Position numbers and translations under genes: made by a program
Notes under the pieces: generated by a model
What the model saw: only the letters and a program-made list of their open reading frames with translations
Told to the model about the DNA's origin: nothing
The model's database searches: none
Source of the DNA: a bacterium
Lineage (GTDB): Bacteria > Patescibacteriota > Minisyncoccia > Phycocordibacterales > UBA1006
Direction: 5' to 3'
DNA: 64,000 nucleotides
Assembly (NCBI GenBank): GCA_030433255.1
Contig: JAUIMI010000001.1
Location: forward strand, 311,362-375,361
Part shown: positions 50,160 through 58,905 of the stretch, in pieces
Layout: the number at the start of each line of letters is the position of its first letter
How positions within the stretch are numbered: the stretch's first letter is position 1

Positions 50160-51137
50160 TTATTTATTATCTAGGTATTGAGTCAGTATTGATTTAAATT
50201 CTTTTATTGAATCATCATCATATGCGGTCATAGTGTAAATATGATTGTGTCCAGTAGTCTTTTTAAAATCATCTATTATTTTTTCAAGATCATTTTTTTC
50301 AACAAGATCATTTTTGGATAACAAGATAATTTCATCTTTCTGGGTAAGAGATAGATCGTAATCTTCAAGTTCTTTTCGAATTGTCGTGTAATCATCCAGT
50401 GGGTTTTCAGAATCAAGTCCTACAACATGTACCAAAGCTTTTGTTCGCTTAATATGTCGTAAAAATTTATAACCAAGCCCTTTTCCTTCTGAAGCTCCTT
50501 TAATAATACCAGGAATATCAGCAAGAATATAACCATGCATATCACCAAGATGTGGATCAAGTGTTGTAAAATGGTACGCTGCAACTTTTGATTTTGCATT
50601 AGTGAGGGCGTTTAATAACGTTGATTTTCCGGCACTTGGCAAACCAACAAAACCAATATCAGCAAACAATCGGAGTTCTACGTTAAAATTACCTTCTTGT
50701 CCTGGTGTTCCGGGTGTCCATTCATAAGGTGTTGTGTTTGTTGAAGATTTAAAGTGAGTATTTCCTAAACCTCCACGTCCACCCTCTAAGATGAGAACCT
50801 TCTCTCCAATTTCAGCAACTTCAAATTCTTGTCCTGTTTCAGTATTAGTGAGAACCGTTCCTCGTGGAAATTTCAAAGTTAAATCATCACCATTTCGACC
50901 TTCTTTTTCATTATTACCTCCAGGTACACCATCTTCTGCTGCAAAATGTTTTTTATGAAGATAGTAGTCAAGGTAACCTAAATCAGGAACGGCTTCTATG
51001 TAAACATTTCCACCAGCACCACCATTTCCTCCTCCTGGACCTCCTTTTGGACGAAATTTTTCTTGTTTCCAGCGAACAACACCATCACCTCCATCGCCAG
51101 CTTTAATATCTAATTGTACTTCATCTATAAAAGCCAT
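50160..51137 (-). CDS. obg: GTPase Obg (short form lacking the C-terminal OCT domain)
   Basis: The N-terminal glycine-rich Obg fold begins MAFIDEVQLDIKAGDGGDGVV. G1 is GLPSAGKST and G4 is NKID. The protein ends at 325 aa, immediately after the G domain. Confidence 0.9.
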   Translation of the reverse strand: MAFIDEVQLDIKAGDGGDGVVRWKQEKFRPKGGPGGGNGGAGGNVYIEAVPDLGYLDYYLHKKHFAAEDGVPGGNNEKEGRNGDDLTLKFPRGTVLTNTETGQEFEVAEIGEKVLILEGGRGGLGNTHFKSSTNTTPYEWTPGTPGQEGNFNVELRLFADIGFVGLPSAGKSTLLNALTNAKSKVAAYHFTTLDPHLGDMHGYILADIPGIIKGASEGKGLGYKFLRHIKRTKALVHVVGLDSENPLDDYTTIRKELEDYDLSLTQKDEIILLSKNDLVEKNDLEKIIDDFKKTTGHNHIYTMTAYDDDSIKEFKSILTQYLDNK

Positions 51138-51358
51138 ATCTACACATATAGTATTGTTTTAAGAGTATTTTGCAAGATATCTAAAATAATGTATAACTAT
51201 CCTAAATATTACGTTTAATTAATTACATATGTTTTCTTATTTTAATTACCGAAACCAAACTCCAGAATTTTCTTATGCGGAAATTGAAGCCATAGATATG
51301 GCATTTAAAAATTTAACAAACTCTTAAAAACAAAAAACTCTCATCATAATGAGAGTTT

Positions 51359-52282
51359 TTATTTTTCAGCAAGTGCAAGTTCTGCAAGTTTCCAAGCACC
51401 TTCCTTCGATTCTGCAACTGCCATCCATACAGCATTGTGACAAAAAAGTGCATCTGAAACACCAGTAATTTCAGCAAGTTCTTCTCCTCTTTTTCCAGCC
51501 CATGCATCCGGAAGCGACTTCCTGTTTTCAAATGAACAAGCTTCTTTTCTCATGGCAAGAGCTTTCCAATTTTTATTACTCCTACATACAATAAACATAA
51601 CTTCTTTATGTTTATGGAGAACCTGAATAAGCGCGCTCACTGTTACATGGTATGGGATTTCTAGAATTACTTTATTTTCTGCAGTGTCATAGATTTCTTG
51701 GATGGTATCAATCATCTCAAGACGATGAAAAGATCTATCTATCTCGCGAGATAATAATTGTTTGAAAAAGTTAACTAAATACAGAAAATTTGATAACTGC
51801 ATTGAATCTTCACCGGCTTCTTTCCATGTGTTTTGATAAGCACCAATGATTCCATACATACCATAATCACACAAACCAGTATCTGATGGTTCTGTGATGC
51901 TAATACCGTTATCAATAGCATCAATTGGTTGAACAATACGTCTATCGATATCTTCAATTATGGTTTCATTATTACACAATAATGGACCATATTTTTCCCA
52001 AATAAGTCCAAATGATGCATATGGAATTCCATTAGTACGTTTTCCTGCACCACCTGGTTGATGATGATCATAACGCTCTAAATCAGAGTCGTACACACCA
52101 CCCACATCAATAACATAATCTGCTGATGAAATAATTTCTTCATCTCGCGTTCGGATAATTGTATACGGTTGTTTTTTTCTGTCTAAATACAAACTTAATG
52201 TAGCACATGCAAAAATATCATCAGCATGAAATGAACCATTATGGGTTACAATAGTTTTTTTATTTTTTAAAAATCGAAACAT
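51359..52282 (-). CDS. MYG1/UPF0160 family metal-dependent hydrolase
   Basis: THNGSFHADDIFA ... DVGG ... YDHHQ are hallmark MYG1 motifs. Confidence 0.75.
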   Translation of the reverse strand: MFRFLKNKKTIVTHNGSFHADDIFACATLSLYLDRKKQPYTIIRTRDEEIISSADYVIDVGGVYDSDLERYDHHQPGGAGKRTNGIPYASFGLIWEKYGPLLCNNETIIEDIDRRIVQPIDAIDNGISITEPSDTGLCDYGMYGIIGAYQNTWKEAGEDSMQLSNFLYLVNFFKQLLSREIDRSFHRLEMIDTIQEIYDTAENKVILEIPYHVTVSALIQVLHKHKEVMFIVCRSNKNWKALAMRKEACSFENRKSLPDAWAGKRGEELAEITGVSDALFCHNAVWMAVAESKEGAWKLAELALAEK

Positions 52283-52325
52283 ACTTATAGTATATAGGAA
52301 AAAACACTAAATAAAAAAACAAGTA

Positions 52326-52667
52326 TTAACTTGTTAATTTATCAAGAAGCCAATTTGCCACCGTTAGAGCTAATGCTCCCCAGAATGCAGCTATAAATGT
52401 AGATACGGTAAATCCTGTAATAAGAGATGCTACAAACCAAAACAAGAGTACATTAACCAATAAACCAAACAATCCAAAAGATAAAATGTTTAATGGTAAG
52501 GTGATAATTTTTAAAATTGGTTTAACAGCAAAATTAATTACAGCAAAGAGTACTGCTGCAATAATTGCTGCTTGTGGTTCACTAATACTAATACCCGTAA
52601 TAATAGATGGGAGTACGTAATACACCACTAATCCAAGCCCAATAACTTGTAAAATAAATTTTTTCAT
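52326..52667 (-). CDS. small four-helix membrane protein (phage holin 4_2 / YvlD-like)
   Basis: Its size and TM pattern fit. Similarity to the family is recalled from memory. Confidence 0.45.
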   Translation of the reverse strand: MKKFILQVIGLGLVVYYVLPSIITGISISEPQAAIIAAVLFAVINFAVKPILKIITLPLNILSFGLFGLLVNVLLFWFVASLITGFTVSTFIAAFWGALALTVANWLLDKLTS

Positions 52668-52727
52668 ACTTTTTAATTGTAAGACTATTAAAATTCTATT
52701 GCAAGTTTAAAATAAAAAACTTGCAAA

Positions 52728-53213
52728 TTATGCAAGTAATTCATCAACAATAGTTTTTACATCGTTTCCATCAGCCTTTCCTTTTAATTCACCCATTAAC
52801 ATACCCATTACTTGCCCCTTATTTACATCTGCTCCAAGCTCTGCAATCTTTGTAGATACCATAGATCGGATTTCATCTAAGGACATCATTTCTGGTAGAA
52901 ATGATTCAATAATAGCAAGCTCTGTCTTCTCGTCTTCTGCTAACTCAGGACGTCCAGCATCTTCGTATTGTTTAATTGAATCTTTTCGTTTTTTTGATTC
53001 TTTTGTTAAAACATCCATTGCCATAGTATCATCTACTGGTGTATCAGGAGATTTCCCAGCCGCAACAACAGCATTTGTCATAGCTGACATGAGTCCACGA
53101 TAGGTCGTAACTGCCGCCATGTTTCGTTCTTTCATAGCTGCTTTCATATTTTCTTTCATTTGTTCTTGTAGTGTCATATGTTTCAAGTATAGATGAAATA
53201 GTTTTAGATTCAA
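52728..53213 (-). CDS. GatB/YqeY domain-containing protein
   Basis: LKEQMKENMKAAMKERN ... E.EL.IIESFLPEMMS is the YqeY pattern. Confidence 0.75.
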   Translation of the reverse strand: MNLKLFHLYLKHMTLQEQMKENMKAAMKERNMAAVTTYRGLMSAMTNAVVAAGKSPDTPVDDTMAMDVLTKESKKRKDSIKQYEDAGRPELAEDEKTELAIIESFLPEMMSLDEIRSMVSTKIAELGADVNKGQVMGMLMGELKGKADGNDVKTIVDELLA

Positions 53214-53857
53214 GCTTATTTCGCTATAATGAAATCATGATGCATTCAAAACTACATATCAATCAATTTTATAGACAAACAAAGCGTGGTCATGTTTTAC
53301 GTGCACTCGCTCTTGATGATGTTTCGTTCTGGGGGGCAGATCGATTAATTAGTGTAATTTTTGCCCTCTTTATTGTTTCCAATATTACTGGAGGATCAGC
53401 AACACATGTTGGAATTGCCTTAATGATACGACAACTCGTAATTGCTTTTTTGAGTGTACCTGTTGGGCGGTTGCTAGATAAACATAAGGGATACATAGAT
53501 GAGGTTTATTTTTTAGCACTTTCTGGAATCCTCGCTGGAGTTGCCTATATATTCCTTGGATTCTCTACTCAGCTGTGGCAAGTATATATATTAATGGCAT
53601 GTATTGGTGTTGCTCATACCTTCAACCTAGATACATGGCGAGTACTATTTTATGGACTTATTAAAAAAGGAGAGCAAGGAGAAACAACAGGGATCTACCA
53701 AACAATTATGTCAGTCACAGGTGCTCTTATTTTAGTTATTGGAGGTATCGTAGCTGATAAATACGGATATTCAACAATTATGTGGATTGGTGCAGTGATG
53801 ACAATTATTGCAGGTATCATCCCATTATCTATTAAACATCTAGTCCCGAAAAAGTAA
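53171..53857 (+). CDS. six-helix membrane protein resembling the C-terminal half of an MFS transporter
   Basis: Six predicted TM helices follow a QTKRGH cytoplasmic-loop-like N-terminus. The annotated start overlaps the divergent YqeY gene, so the real start is probably an internal Met (about 53237 or later). The N-terminal half is absent. Confidence 0.45.
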   Translation: MSYVSSIDEIVLDSSLFRYNEIMMHSKLHINQFYRQTKRGHVLRALALDDVSFWGADRLISVIFALFIVSNITGGSATHVGIALMIRQLVIAFLSVPVGRLLDKHKGYIDEVYFLALSGILAGVAYIFLGFSTQLWQVYILMACIGVAHTFNLDTWRVLFYGLIKKGEQGETTGIYQTIMSVTGALILVIGGIVADKYGYSTIMWIGAVMTIIAGIIPLSIKHLVPKK

Positions 53858-53858
53858 C

Positions 53859-54581
53859 ATGAAACATACTCTTATTTTTATAGATACCGAAACCACAGGA
53901 ACAGGCTCTAACGATAGGCTGATTCAGGTAGGATATCGTACAACTGATGGAAATGATGTGAATGAATTTTATAGCACTAATAAGAAGATTGAAATTGGAG
54001 CTATGGCAACACATCATATCACCGAGAAAATGATTGCTAATAAGCCAAAATTTAAAGATAGTCCGATCTATTTCGAATTAAAAGAACGATTCAAAAAAAA
54101 CCATGTATTTGTTGCTCATAATGCAAAATTTGATGTTGCAATGATTGAACGTGAAGGATTACATGTTGGCCCTGTTATTGATACCTTAAAAATTGCACGT
54201 ATTCTTGATCCAAATGAAAAGATTGAATCATACGCACTACAATATCTACGTTATTTATTAGGAATTGAAGTTGAAGCGGTTGCGCATGACGCATGGGGAG
54301 ATATTCTTGTTTTGGAACAATTATTCTATCGACTATTAAAAAAAATAATGGACGAAAAAAATATTTCACAAGATGAAGCTATTGATTGGATGATAGATGA
54401 ATCAAAAAAACCAACATTATTCCGAAGTATTCGTTTTGGTAAACATGCAGGTAAAAAGTTTACAGATATAGCAAATGAAGATCCTGGGTACCTACGTTGG
54501 TTATTAGGACAAAAGGAACAAGAAGAAGAAATTGATGAGGATTGGGTATACACTTTGAAACATTATTTGCATCTCAATTAA
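53859..54581 (+). CDS. DnaQ-like 3'-5' exonuclease (DEDDh) with a C-terminal DUF3820-like domain
   Basis: Exo I is IFIDTETTG and Exo III is HDAWGD. The C-terminal FGKHAGKKFTDIANEDPGYLRWLL resembles DUF3820. Confidence 0.75.
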   Translation: MKHTLIFIDTETTGTGSNDRLIQVGYRTTDGNDVNEFYSTNKKIEIGAMATHHITEKMIANKPKFKDSPIYFELKERFKKNHVFVAHNAKFDVAMIEREGLHVGPVIDTLKIARILDPNEKIESYALQYLRYLLGIEVEAVAHDAWGDILVLEQLFYRLLKKIMDEKNISQDEAIDWMIDESKKPTLFRSIRFGKHAGKKFTDIANEDPGYLRWLLGQKEQEEEIDEDWVYTLKHYLHLN

Positions 54582-54645
54582 AATTTAATATACCTGTCAT
54601 TGTGAGACACGAAGCAATCTTTATAAATAAACCTTATGTAGGTTT

Positions 54646-54680
54646 GGAAAAGGACGGTCACGAAGCGACTGTCCTTTTCC
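54646..54680 (+). terminator. hairpin downstream of the exonuclease gene
   Basis: A 14-bp stem GGAAAAGGACGGTC-acgaagc-GACTGTCCTTTTCC has one mismatch. The trailing T-run is weak. Confidence 0.4.
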
Positions 54681-54701
54681 ATTTAAACTTCATTTAAAAA
54701 C

Positions 54702-54730
54702 TTGACAATGTAATAATAATTTGCTATTAT
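54702..54730 (+). promoter_or_regulatory. sigma70-type promoter (TTGACA-17-TATTAT)
   Basis: A consensus -35 TTGACA is followed by an exact 17-nt spacer and the -10 TATTAT. It lies about 75 nt upstream of the 54808 start. Confidence 0.5.
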
Positions 54731-54743
54731 ATATTCAAATCTG

Positions 54744-54797
54744 TTTTTAAGGTTAGTTTTGTTTAGAATTTTTTATAAATAAAACTAACCTTAAAAA
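54744..54797 (+). promoter_or_regulatory. 5'-UTR stem-loop with a perfect 17-bp inverted repeat
   Basis: TTTTTAAGGTTAGTTTT (54744..54760) and AAAACTAACCTTAAAAA (54781..54797) are separated by a 20-nt loop. The structure ends 10 nt before the ATG at 54808. Confidence 0.45.
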
Positions 54798-54807
54798 CAA
54801 TCAAAAA

Positions 54808-55146
54808 ATGAAAAATTTAATAAAATTAGTACTTGCTTGTATTTTTATCTCTTTTATTTCTTGTAAAGAAAAACCTGGACATAATCCGAATTCTGGAATA
54901 GAACCACAAACAATTTATATTTATGGTTTAGGTGAAGACGGTGAAATCACTATATTTAAACATGGTTGGAATGATAGTATTTGTAAAAAAAACGCGGATT
55001 TACTTTTTAATGAAATTTTAAAAAATTATCAAGAAAAAGAATTTAATCATAATCCACCAAGTGATTCAATAATTAAGGTTGATATTGATGGTGATAGTGA
55101 TTTAGATATTATTGAAATAGGAATATCTCATAACCTACAGGATTAA
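54808..55146 (+). CDS. hypothetical lipoprotein
   Basis: A lipobox (FISFISC) is present. An Asp-rich calcium-binding-like segment (VDIDGDSDLDI) occurs near the C-terminus. Confidence 0.4.
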   Translation: MKNLIKLVLACIFISFISCKEKPGHNPNSGIEPQTIYIYGLGEDGEITIFKHGWNDSICKKNADLLFNEILKNYQEKEFNHNPPSDSIIKVDIDGDSDLDIIEIGISHNLQD

Positions 55147-55226
55147 TAGTAAAAAACTAAATAGATTGCCTTGAATATTTATTCAAGGTTTTTCTTTTAC
55201 AAAAATCTCCATGTTATAATAACTTC

Positions 55227-56309
55227 ATGACAACTATGTTACTTATTTTAGGGATTGCTATTGTTGGTTTGTTGATTTTTCTTATTATCGAAACACGAAA
55301 AAATCGCAAACCAACAGAAGATTCAAACGCAATGCAAATGTTATTACAGCAGATGAATGATTTACGTTCAAATATGGATGAAAAAATTTCTGGATCAAAC
55401 CGTGATATGTCACGTGCGGTACAAAATCAATTTTCAGAGTCACAAAAACTCATTCAAAATATCAACAAACAAATGTCTGAAAATTTATTACATGTAGCGC
55501 GCGAAATAACCGAGACCAAGGAAACAAACAAACAAGTTTTTGAATTAGCAGGTCAATTGTCTGATTTGGAAAAAGTTCTTAAAAATCAAAAAACACGCGG
55601 TAATCTAGGCGAAATGGGATTAGAACTGATTCTTTCAAACATTCTAGCACCAACAAATTACCAGATGCAATATCTCTTTGCTGATGGGAAACAAGTCGAT
55701 GCAATTATTAAAACTGAGCAAGATAAGTTTATTCCTGTTGATGCTAAATTCTCGCTAGATAATTATCGTAGACTCGTTGACGAAACTGATGATGAAAAAC
55801 GTACTGAATTAGAAAAAGCATTCAAAACAGACTTGAAAAAACGTATTGATGAAACGGCTCAATACATTCGCCCTGATGAAGGAACACTTCCCTTTGCATT
55901 TATGTTTATTCCTGCGGAAGGAATCTATTATGATTTGTTAGTAAACGAAGTTGGGGCAGTCAAGGCAAATACGCGAAACCTTATTGATTACGCCTACCAC
56001 GATAAAAAAGTTATTATTGTTTCACCAACAACTTTTTCTGCATATTTACAGTCAGTACTCTATGGATTCAAGGCATTCCAGATTGAAAAATCTGCAGTAG
56101 AAATTCAAAAGAATGTCCAAAAATTAGGACGGCATTTATCTGCATACAACGAAGTATTCAACAAAATAGGAAACACCCTCGGAACAACGGTTAATCATTA
56201 CAACCGAGCAACCAAAGAATTAGGAAAAATTGATAAAGATATAACTAAAATAACAGGAGAATCTCCAGAACTAGAAACAAACCTATTAGACAAACCAAGT
56301 AAAGAATAG
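55227..56309 (+). CDS. rmuC: DNA recombination protein RmuC
   Basis: An N-terminal TM helix and a long coiled coil are followed by the RmuC C-terminal nuclease-like domain (FAFMFIPAEGIYYD ... IIVSPTTFSAYLQ). Confidence 0.8.
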   Translation: MTTMLLILGIAIVGLLIFLIIETRKNRKPTEDSNAMQMLLQQMNDLRSNMDEKISGSNRDMSRAVQNQFSESQKLIQNINKQMSENLLHVAREITETKETNKQVFELAGQLSDLEKVLKNQKTRGNLGEMGLELILSNILAPTNYQMQYLFADGKQVDAIIKTEQDKFIPVDAKFSLDNYRRLVDETDDEKRTELEKAFKTDLKKRIDETAQYIRPDEGTLPFAFMFIPAEGIYYDLLVNEVGAVKANTRNLIDYAYHDKKVIIVSPTTFSAYLQSVLYGFKAFQIEKSAVEIQKNVQKLGRHLSAYNEVFNKIGNTLGTTVNHYNRATKELGKIDKDITKITGESPELETNLLDKPSKE

Positions 56310-56401
56310 AAAACACCTCATTAAAGGTGTTTTTGACTTATTAAATAAAAAATGTTACTATAATCATTAAGTAACATATAACAATTTAAAAACTAACCTT
56401 T

Positions 56402-56698
56402 ATGATGACAACAACAGTATCCCTTGTCGCTCTTTTTATTATTTTATCTCTTCCTGTGTCTATTTTAATTAGAAAAAAAATTCAGCTGAAAAATGAAAAA
56501 TATCTGGAAAAACTTCCAGACTTACGAGATATTCGACACACCATTGATGGTGAATGGGATTTAATTAAGGAAAAAAAGATTAATGGTTGGCATGTTTATA
56601 CAATAGAAATAGACTTGCAAAAACCTGGCTCATTAATCGTTTCTGAAACAAAAACATTTAAAACAAAACAAAGGCTCATACCAGAAGTTTTGTACTAA
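56402..56698 (+). CDS. hypothetical small membrane protein
   Basis: An N-terminal TM helix is present. Confidence 0.3.
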   Translation: MMTTTVSLVALFIILSLPVSILIRKKIQLKNEKYLEKLPDLRDIRHTIDGEWDLIKEKKINGWHVYTIEIDLQKPGSLIVSETKTFKTKQRLIPEVLY

Positions 56699-56732
56699 CA
56701 TTAAAAACCACTCCATAAAGGAGTGGCATTTT

Positions 56733-58244
56733 TTATATATTAAGTAATTGTTCAAGGTAATCACGTTTATTTGATAATCGTGGAACCTTATGTTGTCCAC
56801 CTAATTTACCTCTTTGCTCCATCCATTTTATAAATGTTCCTTTTGGTACAAAATTCAGTTTTAATTCCTGTAGCGCAATATCTCCTTGTCGTTTTGCTGC
56901 GTAATCAGAATTTATTGTTTGTAACTCCTTATCAAGAGCAGCTGTAAAACTTACTATATCAATGGGCTCTTTACCAAATTCAACAACCCATTCATGTCCT
57001 CCCTTCCCTTTATCGTTCATGAATATTGGTCCAGCTGTATAGTGATCAATAATACAATCAAATGTATTTGAAACTTTAGCTATGGCTTCGTCCGTATTTC
57101 CCACCATAAGCTCTTCTCCAAAAACATTAATGAAATGTTTTGTTCTTCCGGAAATTTTAATACGATAGGGATCAACACTCGTGAATTGAATAGTATCTCC
57201 AATATCATACCGCCACAATCCTGCATTTGTTGTGATTATCATCGCATAATCAATACCTACAGTAACATCTTTTAGAGTTATGGCTTGTGCGTTATTTTTT
57301 CCGTATTCATCCATTGGAATAAATTCATAGAAAATCCCATGATCAGTTAATAACACCATTTCTCCTTTTTTATGCATATCGTCTTGAATAGCAAAAAAAC
57401 CTTCTGATGCATTGTATACTTCTAAATATTTCATATCAGAAAAAGGTAATAATTTTTTAAAGATAGCCTGATACGGACCAAAAGCGACAGCTCCATGGAT
57501 AAATAATTCTATATTCGGCCAGATATCTCGTAGAGTAGTATAAGGATGTTGTTTTTGCATTTCATCAAAAAGACTTACAAACCACGTTGGAACACCAGAT
57601 AAATGTGTTATGTTTTTCCCAATAGTATCTTGTATCATTGCTGGTATTTTATGTTTCCATTCTGACATAAGAGCAACATCTATTGATGGTTCACGATATT
57701 TTTCAGCCCACGAAGGTAATTCAGATGTAATAATAGCTGAAATATCTCCAATTTTTGAACCGTATTCATTTTTTATAAAACTCCCAGAAAGAGAAAAAAC
57801 AGCACCATTATTTTTAAATAAATCACTTTCAGGATAATTATCAAAAAAAATAGTATAAATATCTCTTCCTGCCTTATAATTCCCTTTGTATAAAGAATCA
57901 TGAGATACAGGAATGTATTTACTAGTATCACCTGTAGTTCCTGATGATTTTGAAAAAGAAGAGATAACTCCTGGCCATAAAACATCAGGCTTTCCTTCTA
58001 TCATTTCTTGAATGTATTTCTTAATATCATTGTATTCAAATATTGGAACCATATTTTGATAATCTTCAAAAGAATTAATAGCAGAAAAATTATACATGCT
58101 ACCAAATTTTGTATGTTGAGCCTTATTAAGTAAGTCAAAAAAAATAAATTCTTGCGAGGCACAAGCATTTTTTTTCCAAGAATCAACCTTATATTTTCTA
58201 ATTTGAAAATATTTTTTCATTGATGTTTCAATGATAGTATTCAT
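56733..58244 (-). CDS. GH3 family (acyl-acid amido synthetase-like) protein
   Basis: FSKSSGTTGDTSKYIPV is the GH3/ANL adenylation P-loop analogue. The 503-aa length is typical of bacterial GH3 proteins. Confidence 0.75.
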   Translation of the reverse strand: MNTIIETSMKKYFQIRKYKVDSWKKNACASQEFIFFDLLNKAQHTKFGSMYNFSAINSFEDYQNMVPIFEYNDIKKYIQEMIEGKPDVLWPGVISSFSKSSGTTGDTSKYIPVSHDSLYKGNYKAGRDIYTIFFDNYPESDLFKNNGAVFSLSGSFIKNEYGSKIGDISAIITSELPSWAEKYREPSIDVALMSEWKHKIPAMIQDTIGKNITHLSGVPTWFVSLFDEMQKQHPYTTLRDIWPNIELFIHGAVAFGPYQAIFKKLLPFSDMKYLEVYNASEGFFAIQDDMHKKGEMVLLTDHGIFYEFIPMDEYGKNNAQAITLKDVTVGIDYAMIITTNAGLWRYDIGDTIQFTSVDPYRIKISGRTKHFINVFGEELMVGNTDEAIAKVSNTFDCIIDHYTAGPIFMNDKGKGGHEWVVEFGKEPIDIVSFTAALDKELQTINSDYAAKRQGDIALQELKLNFVPKGTFIKWMEQRGKLGGQHKVPRLSNKRDYLEQLLNI

Positions 58245-58339
58245 AGTTCTATCCTATCATGTAGTTATTCATACTCAAGATACTTGATTTATTTTAAAAA
58301 TATGTGAAAATAAATACAAATCAATAAATCTTAAAGATT

Positions 58340-58873
58340 ATGAAAAAATTAATATTACTATTATTTTCTTTCTTGTTTCTTGTCTCTTGTGGTAGAAATA
58401 CCTATGAAGTAATCAATAGAACAAGTGCTGTTTTAGACGCTACGACATATGCCTTAAATGGTAACAGATACTATACTGGATACTACAGAACAAGCGGATA
58501 TTATAGACCTACGATACAGAGGAGATATCCATACAATCAATATTACAATAGAGTGCCTCAACATGTTAGGTATACGTCACTACATGATGGGAATGTCTAT
58601 TGCAGGTCGTACTGTCCAGGTATCACTGCTCATTTTTTTGAACCAGTACAGATACACCAAGAACAAAACTTTTTTGTAGAGTATGTTTATAATAATCGAT
58701 CTTATTTCTACCCAACATATTGGGATGGTCATACGTATAAAACAAATTTTTCAAGAATAGCTAGAATAGAAAATAGAAGCCAAGTGAGTGTTCAAGCAAC
58801 CCACTACCACAAACCATTCTTCTATAGAAGAAGTAGACAGATACAGAACTCCTGTAATCACTACTGTAGATAA
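58340..58873 (+). CDS. Tyr/Arg-rich hypothetical lipoprotein
   Basis: A lipobox (LFLVSC) is present. The mature part is strongly biased, rich in Tyr, Arg and Asn, with YY and RR runs and four Cys. Confidence 0.45.
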   Translation: MKKLILLLFSFLFLVSCGRNTYEVINRTSAVLDATTYALNGNRYYTGYYRTSGYYRPTIQRRYPYNQYYNRVPQHVRYTSLHDGNVYCRSYCPGITAHFFEPVQIHQEQNFFVEYVYNNRSYFYPTYWDGHTYKTNFSRIARIENRSQVSVQATHYHKPFFYRRSRQIQNSCNHYCR

Positions 58874-58905
58874 TAATAAAAACGACTTAATAAACTTAAG
58901 TCGTT

